A stretch of DNA of 64,000 bases from an uncultured Chloroflexia bacterium (lineage in GTDB: Bacteria; Chloroflexota; Limnocylindria; Limnocylindrales; CSP1-4): assembly GCA_963728605.1 (NCBI GenBank), contig CAVSKS010000009.1, positions 205,447 through 269,446 on the forward strand, read 5' to 3'. Made by a program: the position numbers and the translations under genes. Within the stretch, counting starts at the first letter, position 1; each line of letters begins with the position of its first letter. The notes beneath the pieces are model-generated. The model did not search any database. It worked only from the letters and a program-made list of their open reading frames with translations, and had not been told where the DNA came from. This document shows positions 9,037 through 17,988 of this stretch, piece by piece.

Positions 9037-9099
9037 AAGAAGCGGCTCAGGCCCGGGCGACTGACCTCACCCGAGCCCTCAGGAGCCGCTGCGCCCGGT

Positions 9100-10572
9100 T
9101 TACTGGACCAGACCCGTCCCGCTCTGCTGGATGGCCTCGTCGGGGTCATAGGTGATCGTCAAGCCGCCGTTGCCGGAGATCTTGAACGTGTCACAGATGA
9201 CCTGTGCCCCCAGGACCTCGCCGGCCGAGTTGCCGGCATAGTCGAAGTCGGCCTTGGGCAAGTAGATGGCCCCGGTCAGGCTCATCGCCGTGTTGCCCTC
9301 GAGTTTGAGTGCGGGCTGGCTGGAGGCGTTGCGGTCCTGATAGAAAAGCAGCGGCTCGTAGGTCGCCCCGTGATAGCCACGCAACTGGATCGTGCCGCCG
9401 GAGGTGTTCTGGAAGTCGATGGCACCGATGCAGGGACCGCCGCCGCCCGAGCAGTCGGGATGGTCGGTGTTGTAGATCATCACGCCGGAGTCCGGGTCGG
9501 TCGCGAAGGTCGTGCCGCCCGGGTCGACCGTGTACAGGTTGACCGCGCCGGCGACCTCGAAGCCGCCACCGGCCATGTAGTAGATCCCGGGCTCCATGTA
9601 AACGACGAGGTCGTCGCTGGTCTCCCGGAGCTTCAGGCCGCCCCAGTAGACGCCGGGGTAGATGCGGACGGTCTTGACGCGGTTGAAATGGACGTCGCAG
9701 CCGGCAGGGTTCGCCTCGGACGGCGGGCTGCTGGTCGAGCCGGGGCAGCCGGCTGGCGGTCGGTTTGTCGCTGCGTGCGCACCGCTGACGACCATGCCGG
9801 CCGCAGGGTTGGGGACCGCGGAGCCACCGATTGCGGGTCCGTTGAGTCCTGCGAGCGGGTCGTCTACGGGCGGCAGGCCTTCTGCGGTCGTGCCGCAGTT
9901 GACAGTGTCCGACGGACCGACACCGATCATCCCGGACGTGCCGCACTGACCGGTCACGTTGACGACCACGTTGCTGCCGTCGAACGAAAGGGCGCCCGGA
10001 TTGGTACAGCTGGCGGACACCATGATGTCGCCCTCGATGTCGACAACGCCGTTGCCGGTGACGTGTCCGGCCTTGCAGCCGGCGCCGCCGCCAGAGTTGA
10101 GGGACAGGATGGAGAACGGCAGCGGATATCGATCGATGTTGGCCGCAACCGCCTGCGTTGCGATCCGGAATCCCGTCAGGCCCAGGACACCCGCGAAGTA
10201 GGAGCCGCGATCGGAGCTCAGGGTGACCTGCAGGTGACCCGGCTCGCCGTAGAACTGGGAGGTGCTGTCGGGCGGGATGTTGATCGTGACCTGTGAGGGG
10301 GCGTAGCCGTGTTGCTGTGCGATCTCCGAGGCCGCGGAGACCGCCTGCGCGCAGGTGGTCGCGTTGGGCGTGGTTCGACAGGCCGGCACCGTCATGAAGC
10401 GGGCACCGGCGAGGGCGGCCGAGTCGGCGGCATCCTGCTGCTTGCGCCGCTCGAACAGGTTCTGGCCCACGTCGAACACGAGGGCGGCGATGGCGAGGAT
10501 CCCGACCAGACCGAAGGCGAAGATCGCGAGGACCTGGCCGCGCTCCTGGCGGCGGTCAGTTGTTGACGACAA
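9100..10572 (-). CDS. TadG-like pseudopilin / Flp pilus-assembly TadG-related protein (module 2)
   Basis: N-terminus RRQERGQVLAIFAFGLVGILAIAALVFDVGQNLFERRKQQDAADSAALAGA is typical of the TadG N-terminal domain. The large Gly/Thr/Asn-rich C-terminal region ends ...GNGGLTITYDP. Confidence 0.8.
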   Translation of the reverse strand: MSSTTDRRQERGQVLAIFAFGLVGILAIAALVFDVGQNLFERRKQQDAADSAALAGARFMTVPACRTTPNATTCAQAVSAASEIAQQHGYAPSQVTINIPPDSTSQFYGEPGHLQVTLSSDRGSYFAGVLGLTGFRIATQAVAANIDRYPLPFSILSLNSGGGAGCKAGHVTGNGVVDIEGDIMVSASCTNPGALSFDGSNVVVNVTGQCGTSGMIGVGPSDTVNCGTTAEGLPPVDDPLAGLNGPAIGGSAVPNPAAGMVVSGAHAATNRPPAGCPGSTSSPPSEANPAGCDVHFNRVKTVRIYPGVYWGGLKLRETSDDLVVYMEPGIYYMAGGGFEVAGAVNLYTVDPGGTTFATDPDSGVMIYNTDHPDCSGGGGPCIGAIDFQNTSGGTIQLRGYHGATYEPLLFYQDRNASSQPALKLEGNTAMSLTGAIYLPKADFDYAGNSAGEVLGAQVICDTFKISGNGGLTITYDPDEAIQQSGTGLVQ

Positions 10573-11083
10573 GGTTCGACCCTCCGGTCAGGATGAACGT
10601 CGGAAGCGGGACGAAGCCCGACATGAATGGACGGAACGTGTAGGTGACTGCGACGGATACCGTCTGGTTGCGCCCGTTGTGCCCGTCGCCCATCGCCGCC
10701 GCATTCGTGTCCGGACAGTCGGCGACGTCGCCGTCCTCGTCGCACCACTTGATGTTCACGACGAAGTCGGCTGGAGTAACGTCGATGATGCCAATCGCGT
10801 ATTGCTTGACGGCGTCGACGACGTTGTCGCCCGCCAGGTCACACGGGTTGTCGATGCCGCCATTGGCAGTCACCGCGCTAGGCGGGAACGGACCGCTGGG
10901 GCATTGCGCCTGCTGACCGTGGACGATCGCGTAGCGCGCACCCTCCCGGGCAGCGTTGTTCAGCATCTGGATGTAGTAGACCGCCCGCCCGAACTCGATG
11001 ATCGAGAACAGCAGCAGGAAGAACAGCGGCGCGATGAGGGCGAACTCGACGAGGGTCTGGCCTCGGCTGCGGTGGCGTCGCAC
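10556..11083 (-). CDS. TadE-like pseudopilin (module 2, second gene)
   Basis: MRRHRSRGQTLVEFALIAPLFFLLLFSIIEFGRAVYY... is a class-III-signal-like G/Q-x-L-V-E-F motif plus hydrophobic helix. Confidence 0.8.
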   Translation of the reverse strand: MRRHRSRGQTLVEFALIAPLFFLLLFSIIEFGRAVYYIQMLNNAAREGARYAIVHGQQAQCPSGPFPPSAVTANGGIDNPCDLAGDNVVDAVKQYAIGIIDVTPADFVVNIKWCDEDGDVADCPDTNAAAMGDGHNGRNQTVSVAVTYTFRPFMSGFVPLPTFILTGGSNLVVNN

Positions 11084-11084
11084 C

Positions 11085-11654
11085 TCAGTTCCCCGTCAGG
11101 TCCGAGATCGCGAACCAGCTGTCGCGGGTGATCATGATCGAGCTGGGGATCGGCGGGAACGGGATGAGCGGGCGGAACTCGTAGGTCACCGTCACGTGGA
11201 TCCAGCACGGCTTGTCGAGCGGCTCGGCTGCCGTGCAGCTACCGGTACCGGCCGCCGGCCCGGAGCTGGGATGGACCGGCGGGTGGATCGTGACCAGGGG
11301 GATCGTGCAGTCGCCAGTGTCGTCTGGCCCAGGGCTGCCGACGTAGTCGCTCAACTCAGCTGACGACGTGCAGGCGCGACGCCGCATCTCGGCTTCGTTG
11401 GCCGCCATCGTGGCCGCGTCGGCCTCGTTCCAGCGGTCCTTGCCCAGGAAGGCACCGTAGTCGGCGGCCTCGCGGGCGGCGGACTCGACGGCGACGGCGG
11501 CCGTGAACAGCCGACCGAAGTCACCGACGGCGATCGCCAGGATGAACATCAGGGGCACGATCAGGGCGAACTCGGCGAGGCCCTGGCCACGCTGGCTGCG
11601 GCGGGTGGCGTCCGACCTGCGGCGGGCGGAGAGGCGGCGCACTCGGTTGATCAC
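11085..11654 (-). CDS. TadE-like pseudopilin (module 2, first gene)
   Basis: ...SQRGQGLAEFALIVPLMFILAIAVGDFGRLFTAAVAVESAAREAADYG. GTG start at 11654. Confidence 0.8.
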   Translation of the reverse strand: MINRVRRLSARRRSDATRRSQRGQGLAEFALIVPLMFILAIAVGDFGRLFTAAVAVESAAREAADYGAFLGKDRWNEADAATMAANEAEMRRRACTSSAELSDYVGSPGPDDTGDCTIPLVTIHPPVHPSSGPAAGTGSCTAAEPLDKPCWIHVTVTYEFRPLIPFPPIPSSIMITRDSWFAISDLTGN

Positions 11655-11990
11655 GTGAGGATGGGTCCCCGTGGCTGGCCCTTAGGACGGCTGGGCCGGT
11701 GCTGTGAGGATCGCGGCTGGGGGGTGCCCTCTGCCGTCAATCGTTCGTACGGCTCCGGAGGCCCGAAAGTACGGCTCCGTTGGTGCCTGCCGGCACCGCC
11801 CGGGCTCGTGCCGGTCTACGTCGGGTGGCCCATGTGCGGTGTGCGTCACACGCACCCAAGAGACAGAGAACCGCGGCGACCCGTCCGAGGCGTGCGCCCG
11901 CGACACGTTCTGAGCACGATCGGTCGCGGGTGTGCGCGGCCTGCACAGCGCGGACCCGAAGTTGGGCTCGGCTCGCGGTTCCTCGTCCCT

Positions 11991-12026
11991 TGCGTGCGCA
12001 GCACGCACACGGCGCCTTGCGGCGCC
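11991..12026 (-). terminator. two adjacent GC-rich hairpins downstream of the small ORF (no U-tract)
   Basis: tgcgtgc-gca-gcacgca at 11991-12007 and ggcgcc-ttgc-ggcgcc at 12011-12026. Both lie within 45 nt of the stop at 12034-12036. Confidence 0.35.
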
Positions 12027-12033
12027 GAGTCAG

Positions 12034-12264
12034 TCAGCGAGAACGGAAACCAAGAATGTCCGGTGCAGCGGTCCGGGTGGGGGCCGTGGTCCGGACAGGA
12101 GCCGGCCAGAAGAGGCCTCCTGGATCAGCCACGACGAGGCTGGAGACCACGAAGGCGAGCATCGGTCCGACCATTCGAGGGACGCCCATGAGCGACCACA
12201 GGATCTCGTAGCCGAACCAGATGGCGATGAACCACAGCGATCCGGCGGTCAGGCGCTTCTTCAT
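12034..12264 (-). CDS. small hydrophobic protein (76 aa, two predicted TM segments)
   Basis: MKKRLTAGSLWFIAIWFGYEILWSLMGVPRMVGPMLAFVVSSLVV.... GC3 is high over the first 50 codons or so, and AGGA lies about 10 nt upstream. It sits between the two Tad-like modules. Confidence 0.5.
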   Translation of the reverse strand: MKKRLTAGSLWFIAIWFGYEILWSLMGVPRMVGPMLAFVVSSLVVADPGGLFWPAPVRTTAPTRTAAPDILGFRSR

Positions 12265-12356
12265 GCCGGTGATCCTGCCGATCCCGCGCGGTCGACGCCA
12301 TGCCTCGTTGGTCCCGTATTGCCGTCACTCGATCGGCGGAGTACTGCCGGCGCCTC

Positions 12357-13895
12357 CTACCGCACGAGGCCCTTGAGCAGGTTCTGGACAAACGCGTTGG
12401 GGTCGTATGGCATCTCCAGCCGTCCTGCGCCGCCGACGTCCCAGGTCCACGAGATGATCTGCACCGCAGCGCAATTGGTGTTGCCGGACGCGTCAGGGGT
12501 GCAGCCACTGCCCACCGAGTTGCCCGTGATCTTCACGTCGCCCGTCGGCGTGTAGATCGTGCCCTCGAGGAAGAGGCTGCCGTTGCCCTCGAGCTCCACG
12601 GCGGCATTGGCCGAGAAGGCCCCACTGGCGTTGGCGTCCTGCCAGAAGAGCAGGCCGCCGAAGGGACAACCGGAGCTGCCATAGGGAGGGCACGGAGCGC
12701 TGCCATCGAGGCCCCTGAGGTTCAGGCTGGAGCTACCCGTGAAGTCGAGCTTCTGCTGACAGCGCACGGCGGCAGACCCGGTCCCGCAGACGGGCGAATC
12801 GGTGCTGTAGATCATGACCCGGCCCGATGCCGCGGCAGCGGTGACACCGCCGGTCTGGCTGATGCCGCCCCCCGCCAGGATGTAGATGCCGGGGTTCAGC
12901 GTGAGAACCGTTCCGTTCCCGATCTGCCACCCGCCGTAGTACGTGCCGGGTTCGAGGGTCGTCGCTCCGCCGGGCAGGTTGCACTTTCGCGGGTTCGTCG
13001 GGGAGCTCGCCGGACCGACGGGGCATAGCCGCGTTGGCAGGTCGCCGGGTTCCGGTGGCCGAACGAGCGACAACGGATCGCCGACATACGCAGCGTGCTC
13101 GTCGAACGTGGTGGGTGGAACGATGGTGGCCGAGCCACCACTGATGTTGCAGATCCCCTGGATGTAGACCGTGTTCGACTGGAACGTGGTCCCGCCGTCG
13201 ATCGACAGTGCTCCGTCGGAGCCGTCGAAGCAGTTGTCGTTGTCCGGAGCCTCCAGCCCGCAGTTCGAGTTGACCTGGACGAAGCCACCGGAGTCAGCCG
13301 GAACGCCCGTCGCCGGGAAGATGTAGACGCCACCGCTGCCGCCACCGCCGTGGACGCGTGCCGACGGTTGTCCTTCGCACCCGGCATCCCGCAGCGCGAC
13401 CAGCGAGCTCGACCCTGCCTGACCCGTATCGAACGCCGCGACGGCGGCCGACGCCACGTCAACCTTCGCCAGCCCGATGACCCCGCCAAAGATGCCTTCG
13501 GTGGGCTTGGTGATGACGACCTCGACGTATCCAAGCTTGCCGGCGTACTCGACGGCAGCCGGGCTCGGGGGATAGTTGACGGTCAGCCGCGAGCCGTCGG
13601 GTGTCTGCCCGGCGACACAGCTGGCGTTGGTATCGGTCCTGGTCGCGATGAACCCGTTCTGGCTGGCGTAGAAGCAGGCCGCGGTCCACATCATCGCCCG
13701 GTCCGCCGTGGGGATGTGGCGGGCGGCAGCGACAGCCGCCGGGTCGGCGGCGTTCTGCTCCTGGCGCCGGAGCATCAGGATGAATCCCACATCGACGACC
13801 AGCGCCGAGATGGCCAGGAGCAGGACGAGCCCACCCGCAAAGATGACCAGGATCTGACCGTGATTTCCACGCGTTCGCCGCATGCTGGGCCTCAT
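12357..13895 (-). CDS. TadG-like pseudopilin (module 1)
   Basis: The internal ATG at 13893-13895 overlaps the upstream stop as ATGA. Sequence is MRPSMRRTRGNHGQILVIFAGGLVLLLAISALVVDVGFILMLRRQEQNAADPAAVAAA. The C-terminal architecture parallels the 9100-10572 product (PGIYILAGGG..., ...LLFWQD..., ...MPYDP). Confidence 0.8.
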   Translation of the reverse strand: MRPSMRRTRGNHGQILVIFAGGLVLLLAISALVVDVGFILMLRRQEQNAADPAAVAAARHIPTADRAMMWTAACFYASQNGFIATRTDTNASCVAGQTPDGSRLTVNYPPSPAAVEYAGKLGYVEVVITKPTEGIFGGVIGLAKVDVASAAVAAFDTGQAGSSSLVALRDAGCEGQPSARVHGGGGSGGVYIFPATGVPADSGGFVQVNSNCGLEAPDNDNCFDGSDGALSIDGGTTFQSNTVYIQGICNISGGSATIVPPTTFDEHAAYVGDPLSLVRPPEPGDLPTRLCPVGPASSPTNPRKCNLPGGATTLEPGTYYGGWQIGNGTVLTLNPGIYILAGGGISQTGGVTAAAASGRVMIYSTDSPVCGTGSAAVRCQQKLDFTGSSSLNLRGLDGSAPCPPYGSSGCPFGGLLFWQDANASGAFSANAAVELEGNGSLFLEGTIYTPTGDVKITGNSVGSGCTPDASGNTNCAAVQIISWTWDVGGAGRLEMPYDPNAFVQNLLKGLVR

Positions 13896-14605
13896 TGCTG
13901 TCGGTGCAGGACTTCGGTGATGACGGCTCGGATCGTGATCGTGGAAGGGATGAACAGCACGCCCGCCATCGGCGGCGTCCATGCGTAGCAGGCGTAGACA
14001 GTCACCTGGTTGCCTGGGGCGTCGCTCGCCAGGTCATCGGTCGCGGTGGTCATCCTCGCCCGACAGCCCATCGAGTCGGCAGCCGCAATGGGATCCAGCC
14101 CGTCGATGGTGCACTGGTGGAAGACGTTCTCGGTCTCGACCGAGGTGATGGGGTCGACCTGAACCGGCGGGAAGTCGGCGTTCGTGGAACCGCCGGGCGT
14201 GACGGCCGCAGGCAGGTAGCCCGACCAGCACGCGTTGACCATGACGGCTGGCTTGTTGAGCCCCCATGCGTAGCCGCGCGCGTGGTCGGTCATCTTCGGC
14301 CAGGGATAGGCGTCGTTCGGGTTGTTCGGACCGTCGCAATGGAACGGGTATTCCGGGTACGAGTCAGGAGGGGCCTGCGGCTCGCGCCAGGAGGCCGTCG
14401 GGCAGAGCGCCGTGGACGAGTGGATGGCCGCATGCCGCGCGGCCTCACGCGCCACGTTCGTCACCTGCTGCTGATAGAAGACGAACAGTCCAAGGATGAT
14501 GATGGCGAAGAGGACGAGCAGGGCGATCGGAGCCACCAGTGCGAACTCGGTGAGTGCCTGTCCGCGCCGGTCGAGCTGCTTCCATGGGGTCGTCCACCGT
14601 CTCAA
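13892..14605 (-). CDS. TadE-like pseudopilin (module 1, second gene)
   Basis: ...DRRGQALTEFALVAPIALLVLFAIIILGLFVFYQQQVTNVAREAARHAAIHS. The start overlaps the upstream stop by 4 nt. Confidence 0.8.
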   Translation of the reverse strand: MRRWTTPWKQLDRRGQALTEFALVAPIALLVLFAIIILGLFVFYQQQVTNVAREAARHAAIHSSTALCPTASWREPQAPPDSYPEYPFHCDGPNNPNDAYPWPKMTDHARGYAWGLNKPAVMVNACWSGYLPAAVTPGGSTNADFPPVQVDPITSVETENVFHQCTIDGLDPIAAADSMGCRARMTTATDDLASDAPGNQVTVYACYAWTPPMAGVLFIPSTITIRAVITEVLHRQQ

Positions 14606-15231
14606 TAGTCCGCCACCGTGAACGCCCGGTTCCGCTCGATGATGAACTCACCTCCGAGCGGCGAGAACGTGATGCCGACACCCGGGAAGGTGAGTTGGAA
14701 GAGGGTGGTAAATCGGTAGCAGACGCGCACTTCGACATAGCGGCTGGTTTCCGCTCCGCCCGTCTGGGCGGGCGTCGGCCGCAGCCCGGCGTCGAAGGAA
14801 CCACAGCCGGCCGGGATCGTCCCGCCGACGTTGTACACATTCGAACAGCCGGGGTCCGCCCCGTCGTGGACGCAGACGATGGTTGGCAGGCCGCCACACT
14901 CACCGGAGGTCGCCGGCGTTGCGTTCGGCAGCGCGGATGCTTCGTCGCAAACGGTCCGGTACGCGAACTCGTGGAGGCGGTCGTACCCAGCCGAGCTCAC
15001 TGGGCTTGGCTCGAACATGTACTGACTTGCCGCCAATTCGGCCGCCGCCCGGGCTGCAGATTCGATCGTGATGCCGACTGCGAAGAGGCGGCCGAAGTCC
15101 GCCACCGTGAGGAGGAGGACCAGCAAGAGCGGAAAGACCAGGACGAACTCCACCAGGGACTGACCGCGCGTAAACACGCGACGGGTACTGTGGCGGCTCG
15201 AGCCCCCAGGGCCAGCAATCCGTATGCTCAT
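14602..15231 (-). CDS. TadE-like pseudopilin (module 1, first gene)
   Basis: The internal ATG at 15229-15231 of the 318-aa ORF gives MSIRIAGPGGSSRHSTRRVFTRGQSLVEFVLVFPLLLVLLLTVADFGRLFAVGITIESAARAAAE. Confidence 0.8.
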   Translation of the reverse strand: MSIRIAGPGGSSRHSTRRVFTRGQSLVEFVLVFPLLLVLLLTVADFGRLFAVGITIESAARAAAELAASQYMFEPSPVSSAGYDRLHEFAYRTVCDEASALPNATPATSGECGGLPTIVCVHDGADPGCSNVYNVGGTIPAGCGSFDAGLRPTPAQTGGAETSRYVEVRVCYRFTTLFQLTFPGVGITFSPLGGEFIIERNRAFTVADY

Positions 15232-15330
15232 CGTGGGTCGCGCGCTCTCGAATATCCCCTCGTGGGGCGACGGGGGGCCGGATCGTACTAGTACTACCTT
15301 GCACCGTCCATTGCATCCGCCCGATGCCCG

Positions 15331-16008
15331 GTGTCGGTTGGCACCAGTGACAACGAGGAAACGCGGTTGCTTGTCGTGGTTGGCAGTCCGATCGCCGTCC
15401 GGGATCCGGGTGAGGTCGCGGTCCCCGGCGGCCTGGCCGCCCGCATCGCGGTCGCCGCGGCACGGGCCGGCGCCACCGTCCAGCTCGTCGGCAAGCTCGG
15501 GGACGACCAGCCGGGCGACGAGGTGCTCCTCGGTCTTGCGACGGCCGGCGTTGGGCACGTGGCGCTCGTTCGGGACCCGGCCAACTCGACGCCGTTCGCC
15601 ATCTCCACCGGCGCGCTCGAAGCGGACGATCCGCAGGCCGAACCCGCAGACCCGCGTCGGGTGCCACCAGGGCTCACGCTCGAGCCTGCCGACGTTGACC
15701 TCGCCCTCAAGTACCTGACCGATTTCCGCGTCATCTCTGTGGTCGAGCCGCAGCCACAGGGAGTAACGGCGGTCGTGGTCGAGGCTGCGGCCTACGTCGG
15801 CGCGACCATGATCGCCATCACGGGGGAGGGCGATGCCGCCAACCTGCCCGATGGGGCGATCGTCCTCGCGGAGCCCGCCGATGGCGATCCCGACGGGGCG
15901 TTCGCCACGTTCGTCGGCCTGCTGGCGGCGGCGATCGACGCCGGTGCGACGCCGGCCGACGCCTTCGCCAGGGTCAGCGCGGAAGCTGGAGTGACGCCAA
16001 CGGCGTGA
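15331..16008 (+). CDS. PfkB/ribokinase-like domain protein, short and probably non-catalytic
   Basis: LLVVVGSPIAVRD...PGGLAARIAVAAARAGATVQLVGKLGDDQPGDEVL resembles the PfkB N-terminus. The C-terminal DPDGAFATFVG replaces the usual DTxGAGD motif. The protein is only 225 aa. Confidence 0.55.
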   Translation: MSVGTSDNEETRLLVVVGSPIAVRDPGEVAVPGGLAARIAVAAARAGATVQLVGKLGDDQPGDEVLLGLATAGVGHVALVRDPANSTPFAISTGALEADDPQAEPADPRRVPPGLTLEPADVDLALKYLTDFRVISVVEPQPQGVTAVVVEAAAYVGATMIAITGEGDAANLPDGAIVLAEPADGDPDGAFATFVGLLAAAIDAGATPADAFARVSAEAGVTPTA

Positions 16009-16663
16009 GCAGATCCGGCCCGTTGTTGCGTACGTTGTTGACCAGCGGCACGACCGGGTAGATCGACAGCGGCTCGCCCTCGGCCGGCTGGAGCATCGCG
16101 TGCAGCTCCGAGGGATCGGCCGGCGATGGATCGATCCAGCGGGCCCAGGCGTCGCGCGGCAACACGACCGGCATGCGGTCGTGGAGGGTGGCGATCTGCG
16201 CGTTGGCCCGCGTGGTCACGATGGTGAAGGTCCGCCGGATCGTTTCGGTCAGGGGATCCCGCCACCCGTCCCACAGTCCGGCGAGGACCAGCGGCGCGTC
16301 GTCTTCGCGGACGATCCGGTACGGCTGCCGCTGGGATCCCTCGCGCCGCCACTCGTAGAACGAATCGACTGGCACGAGGCAGCGCTTTCGAAGGAATGCG
16401 TCCCGGAAGGCGGGCGTCGAGGCCACCGTTTCGGCTCGCGCGTTGAACGTCCGGGAGGCGATCTTCGGGCCGTCCGCCCAGTGCGGGATGAGCCCCCAGC
16501 GGTAGCGGGTGACCGCCCGCCGGTCGTCGCGCTGGACGACGACCGCCGCTTCGTCGGTCGGGGCGACGTTGAAGTGGCCGCCGTCATCGGGGACGAGGTC
16601 CTCGGCCCCGAAGATCTCGGCCAGCTCGGACGTGGGGCGCTGCTGGGTGAAGCGGCCGCACAT
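15974..16663 (-). CDS. SOS response-associated peptidase (SRAP / YedK-HMCES family)
   Basis: N-terminal MCGRF (catalytic Cys2), ...RWGLIPHWA..., ...TFNARAET..., ...CLVPVDSFYEW. Confidence 0.9.
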   Translation of the reverse strand: MCGRFTQQRPTSELAEIFGAEDLVPDDGGHFNVAPTDEAAVVVQRDDRRAVTRYRWGLIPHWADGPKIASRTFNARAETVASTPAFRDAFLRKRCLVPVDSFYEWRREGSQRQPYRIVREDDAPLVLAGLWDGWRDPLTETIRRTFTIVTTRANAQIATLHDRMPVVLPRDAWARWIDPSPADPSELHAMLQPAEGEPLSIYPVVPLVNNVRNNGPDLLTPLASLQLPR

Positions 16664-16731
16664 CGTCAGCGTGCCCGCGGCGGAGCAATTCGGGTGACGG
16701 GCATCCGCGGAAGTCTAGTAGAGTCGCGGCG

Positions 16732-17976
16732 ATGGACGACGCCCGTCGGCCGCCCCCGGAATCGGACGAGCTGACCCTGACGGAGGGTGGCCCCGAGCCC
16801 GCGCCCGAGCTGTTCACCGAGGGGCCCCTGACCCGGGACGCCGCGAGGGCGATCCTCGACCGGGCGGCGGAGCTCCTCGCGGCCGGCGATTTTCGCGACG
16901 CGGGCGTCCACTACCGCCGGCTCGTGGCGTTCGAGGAGCCGGCCGTCCGGGCGGCGGCGCTCCTGGGTCTGGCGGAGGTCCTGTACCGGCTCGACCAGGA
17001 CGACGCCGCGGTTGCGACCTGGGAATCGATCCTCGAGCTGCCGGAGACACCGAGCACCTACCAGGCGTGGCGGAACGTCGCCGCGGCTCGCGTCCGGGAG
17101 CGCGACCTGGCGGGGGCCATCGCCGCCTACCGGGAGGCCGAGCGCCGCGCGCCCCCGGAGGATCGGCTGGAGATCGCGAACCGGCTCGGGTGGCTGGCCA
17201 AGGAGACCGGCAACACCGGCGCGGCGCGGCGGTACTTCGCCAAGGGCCGTGGGGCGGGGCCCGCCTTCCCACTGACCTGGATCGTGATCGGCATCACGGT
17301 CGTGAGTTCGATGATGGCCCAGTCGGCCGGCGGGGGGTTCGTCTTCGACGCCCTGGCGCTCGACAAGATCGCGCTGGCGGACGGTGAGCTCTGGCGCCTC
17401 TGGACCGTGACGCTGGTCCACGGTGGCCTGCTGCATCTTGGCTTCAACATGATCGCGCTCTGGATGACCGGTCCGATCGTCGAGCAGATCTACGGCTCGT
17501 GGCTGTTCGTCGTGTTCTACCTGCTGGCCGCCGCCGGCGGCTCGGTCGCCAGTTTCCTGTTCGGCGGGGCCGCGACGTCGGTCGGCGCGTCGGGCGCGAT
17601 CTTCGGCCTGTTCGGCGTCCTGCTGGCCGCTTCCCGGACCCACCATCCGGTGCTCGATCGCCAGGCCCGGTCCCTCGTCGGCCGGATCGGGACGCTGATC
17701 CTCATCAACCTGATCTTCGGGTTGTCGATCCGGGGCATCGACAATGCCGGCCACATCGGCGGGCTGCTGGCCGGGCTGTGGCTCGGCTTCGTGGTCACGC
17801 CCGGACGGGTGACGACGCTCCGAAGCCTGTGGCGGCCACCGACCGGGGAGGAGGCACCGGCCGGCAACCGCGTCCTGCCGGTGGTGGGGGTCACCGCTCT
17901 CGTCGCGGTGCTGGCGATCGGCGTGTACCTCGGGATGACCGGCTTCAGGGTCGCCCTCCTGACCATCGGTGCCTGA
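16732..17976 (+). CDS. TPR-repeat / rhomboid family intramembrane serine protease
   Basis: TPR-like N-terminal half. The membrane half has GASGAIFGLFG (GxSG) and HIGGLLAGL (catalytic His). TAGAGT at 16719-16724 lies 7 nt before the ATG, which looks leaderless. Confidence 0.85.
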   Translation: MDDARRPPPESDELTLTEGGPEPAPELFTEGPLTRDAARAILDRAAELLAAGDFRDAGVHYRRLVAFEEPAVRAAALLGLAEVLYRLDQDDAAVATWESILELPETPSTYQAWRNVAAARVRERDLAGAIAAYREAERRAPPEDRLEIANRLGWLAKETGNTGAARRYFAKGRGAGPAFPLTWIVIGITVVSSMMAQSAGGGFVFDALALDKIALADGELWRLWTVTLVHGGLLHLGFNMIALWMTGPIVEQIYGSWLFVVFYLLAAAGGSVASFLFGGAATSVGASGAIFGLFGVLLAASRTHHPVLDRQARSLVGRIGTLILINLIFGLSIRGIDNAGHIGGLLAGLWLGFVVTPGRVTTLRSLWRPPTGEEAPAGNRVLPVVGVTALVAVLAIGVYLGMTGFRVALLTIGA

Positions 17977-17988
17977 GCCCGGCGTCCG

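Noticed and set aside
12034-12264. Small ORF considered as the missing Flp pilin of the Tad-like modules
   Set aside because: It lacks the Flp processing motif (G/xxxxEY followed by a hydrophobic stretch). WFGYEILW is only a superficial resemblance. I also found no Flp-like ORF under 60 aa in 11655-12033 or 15232-15330.
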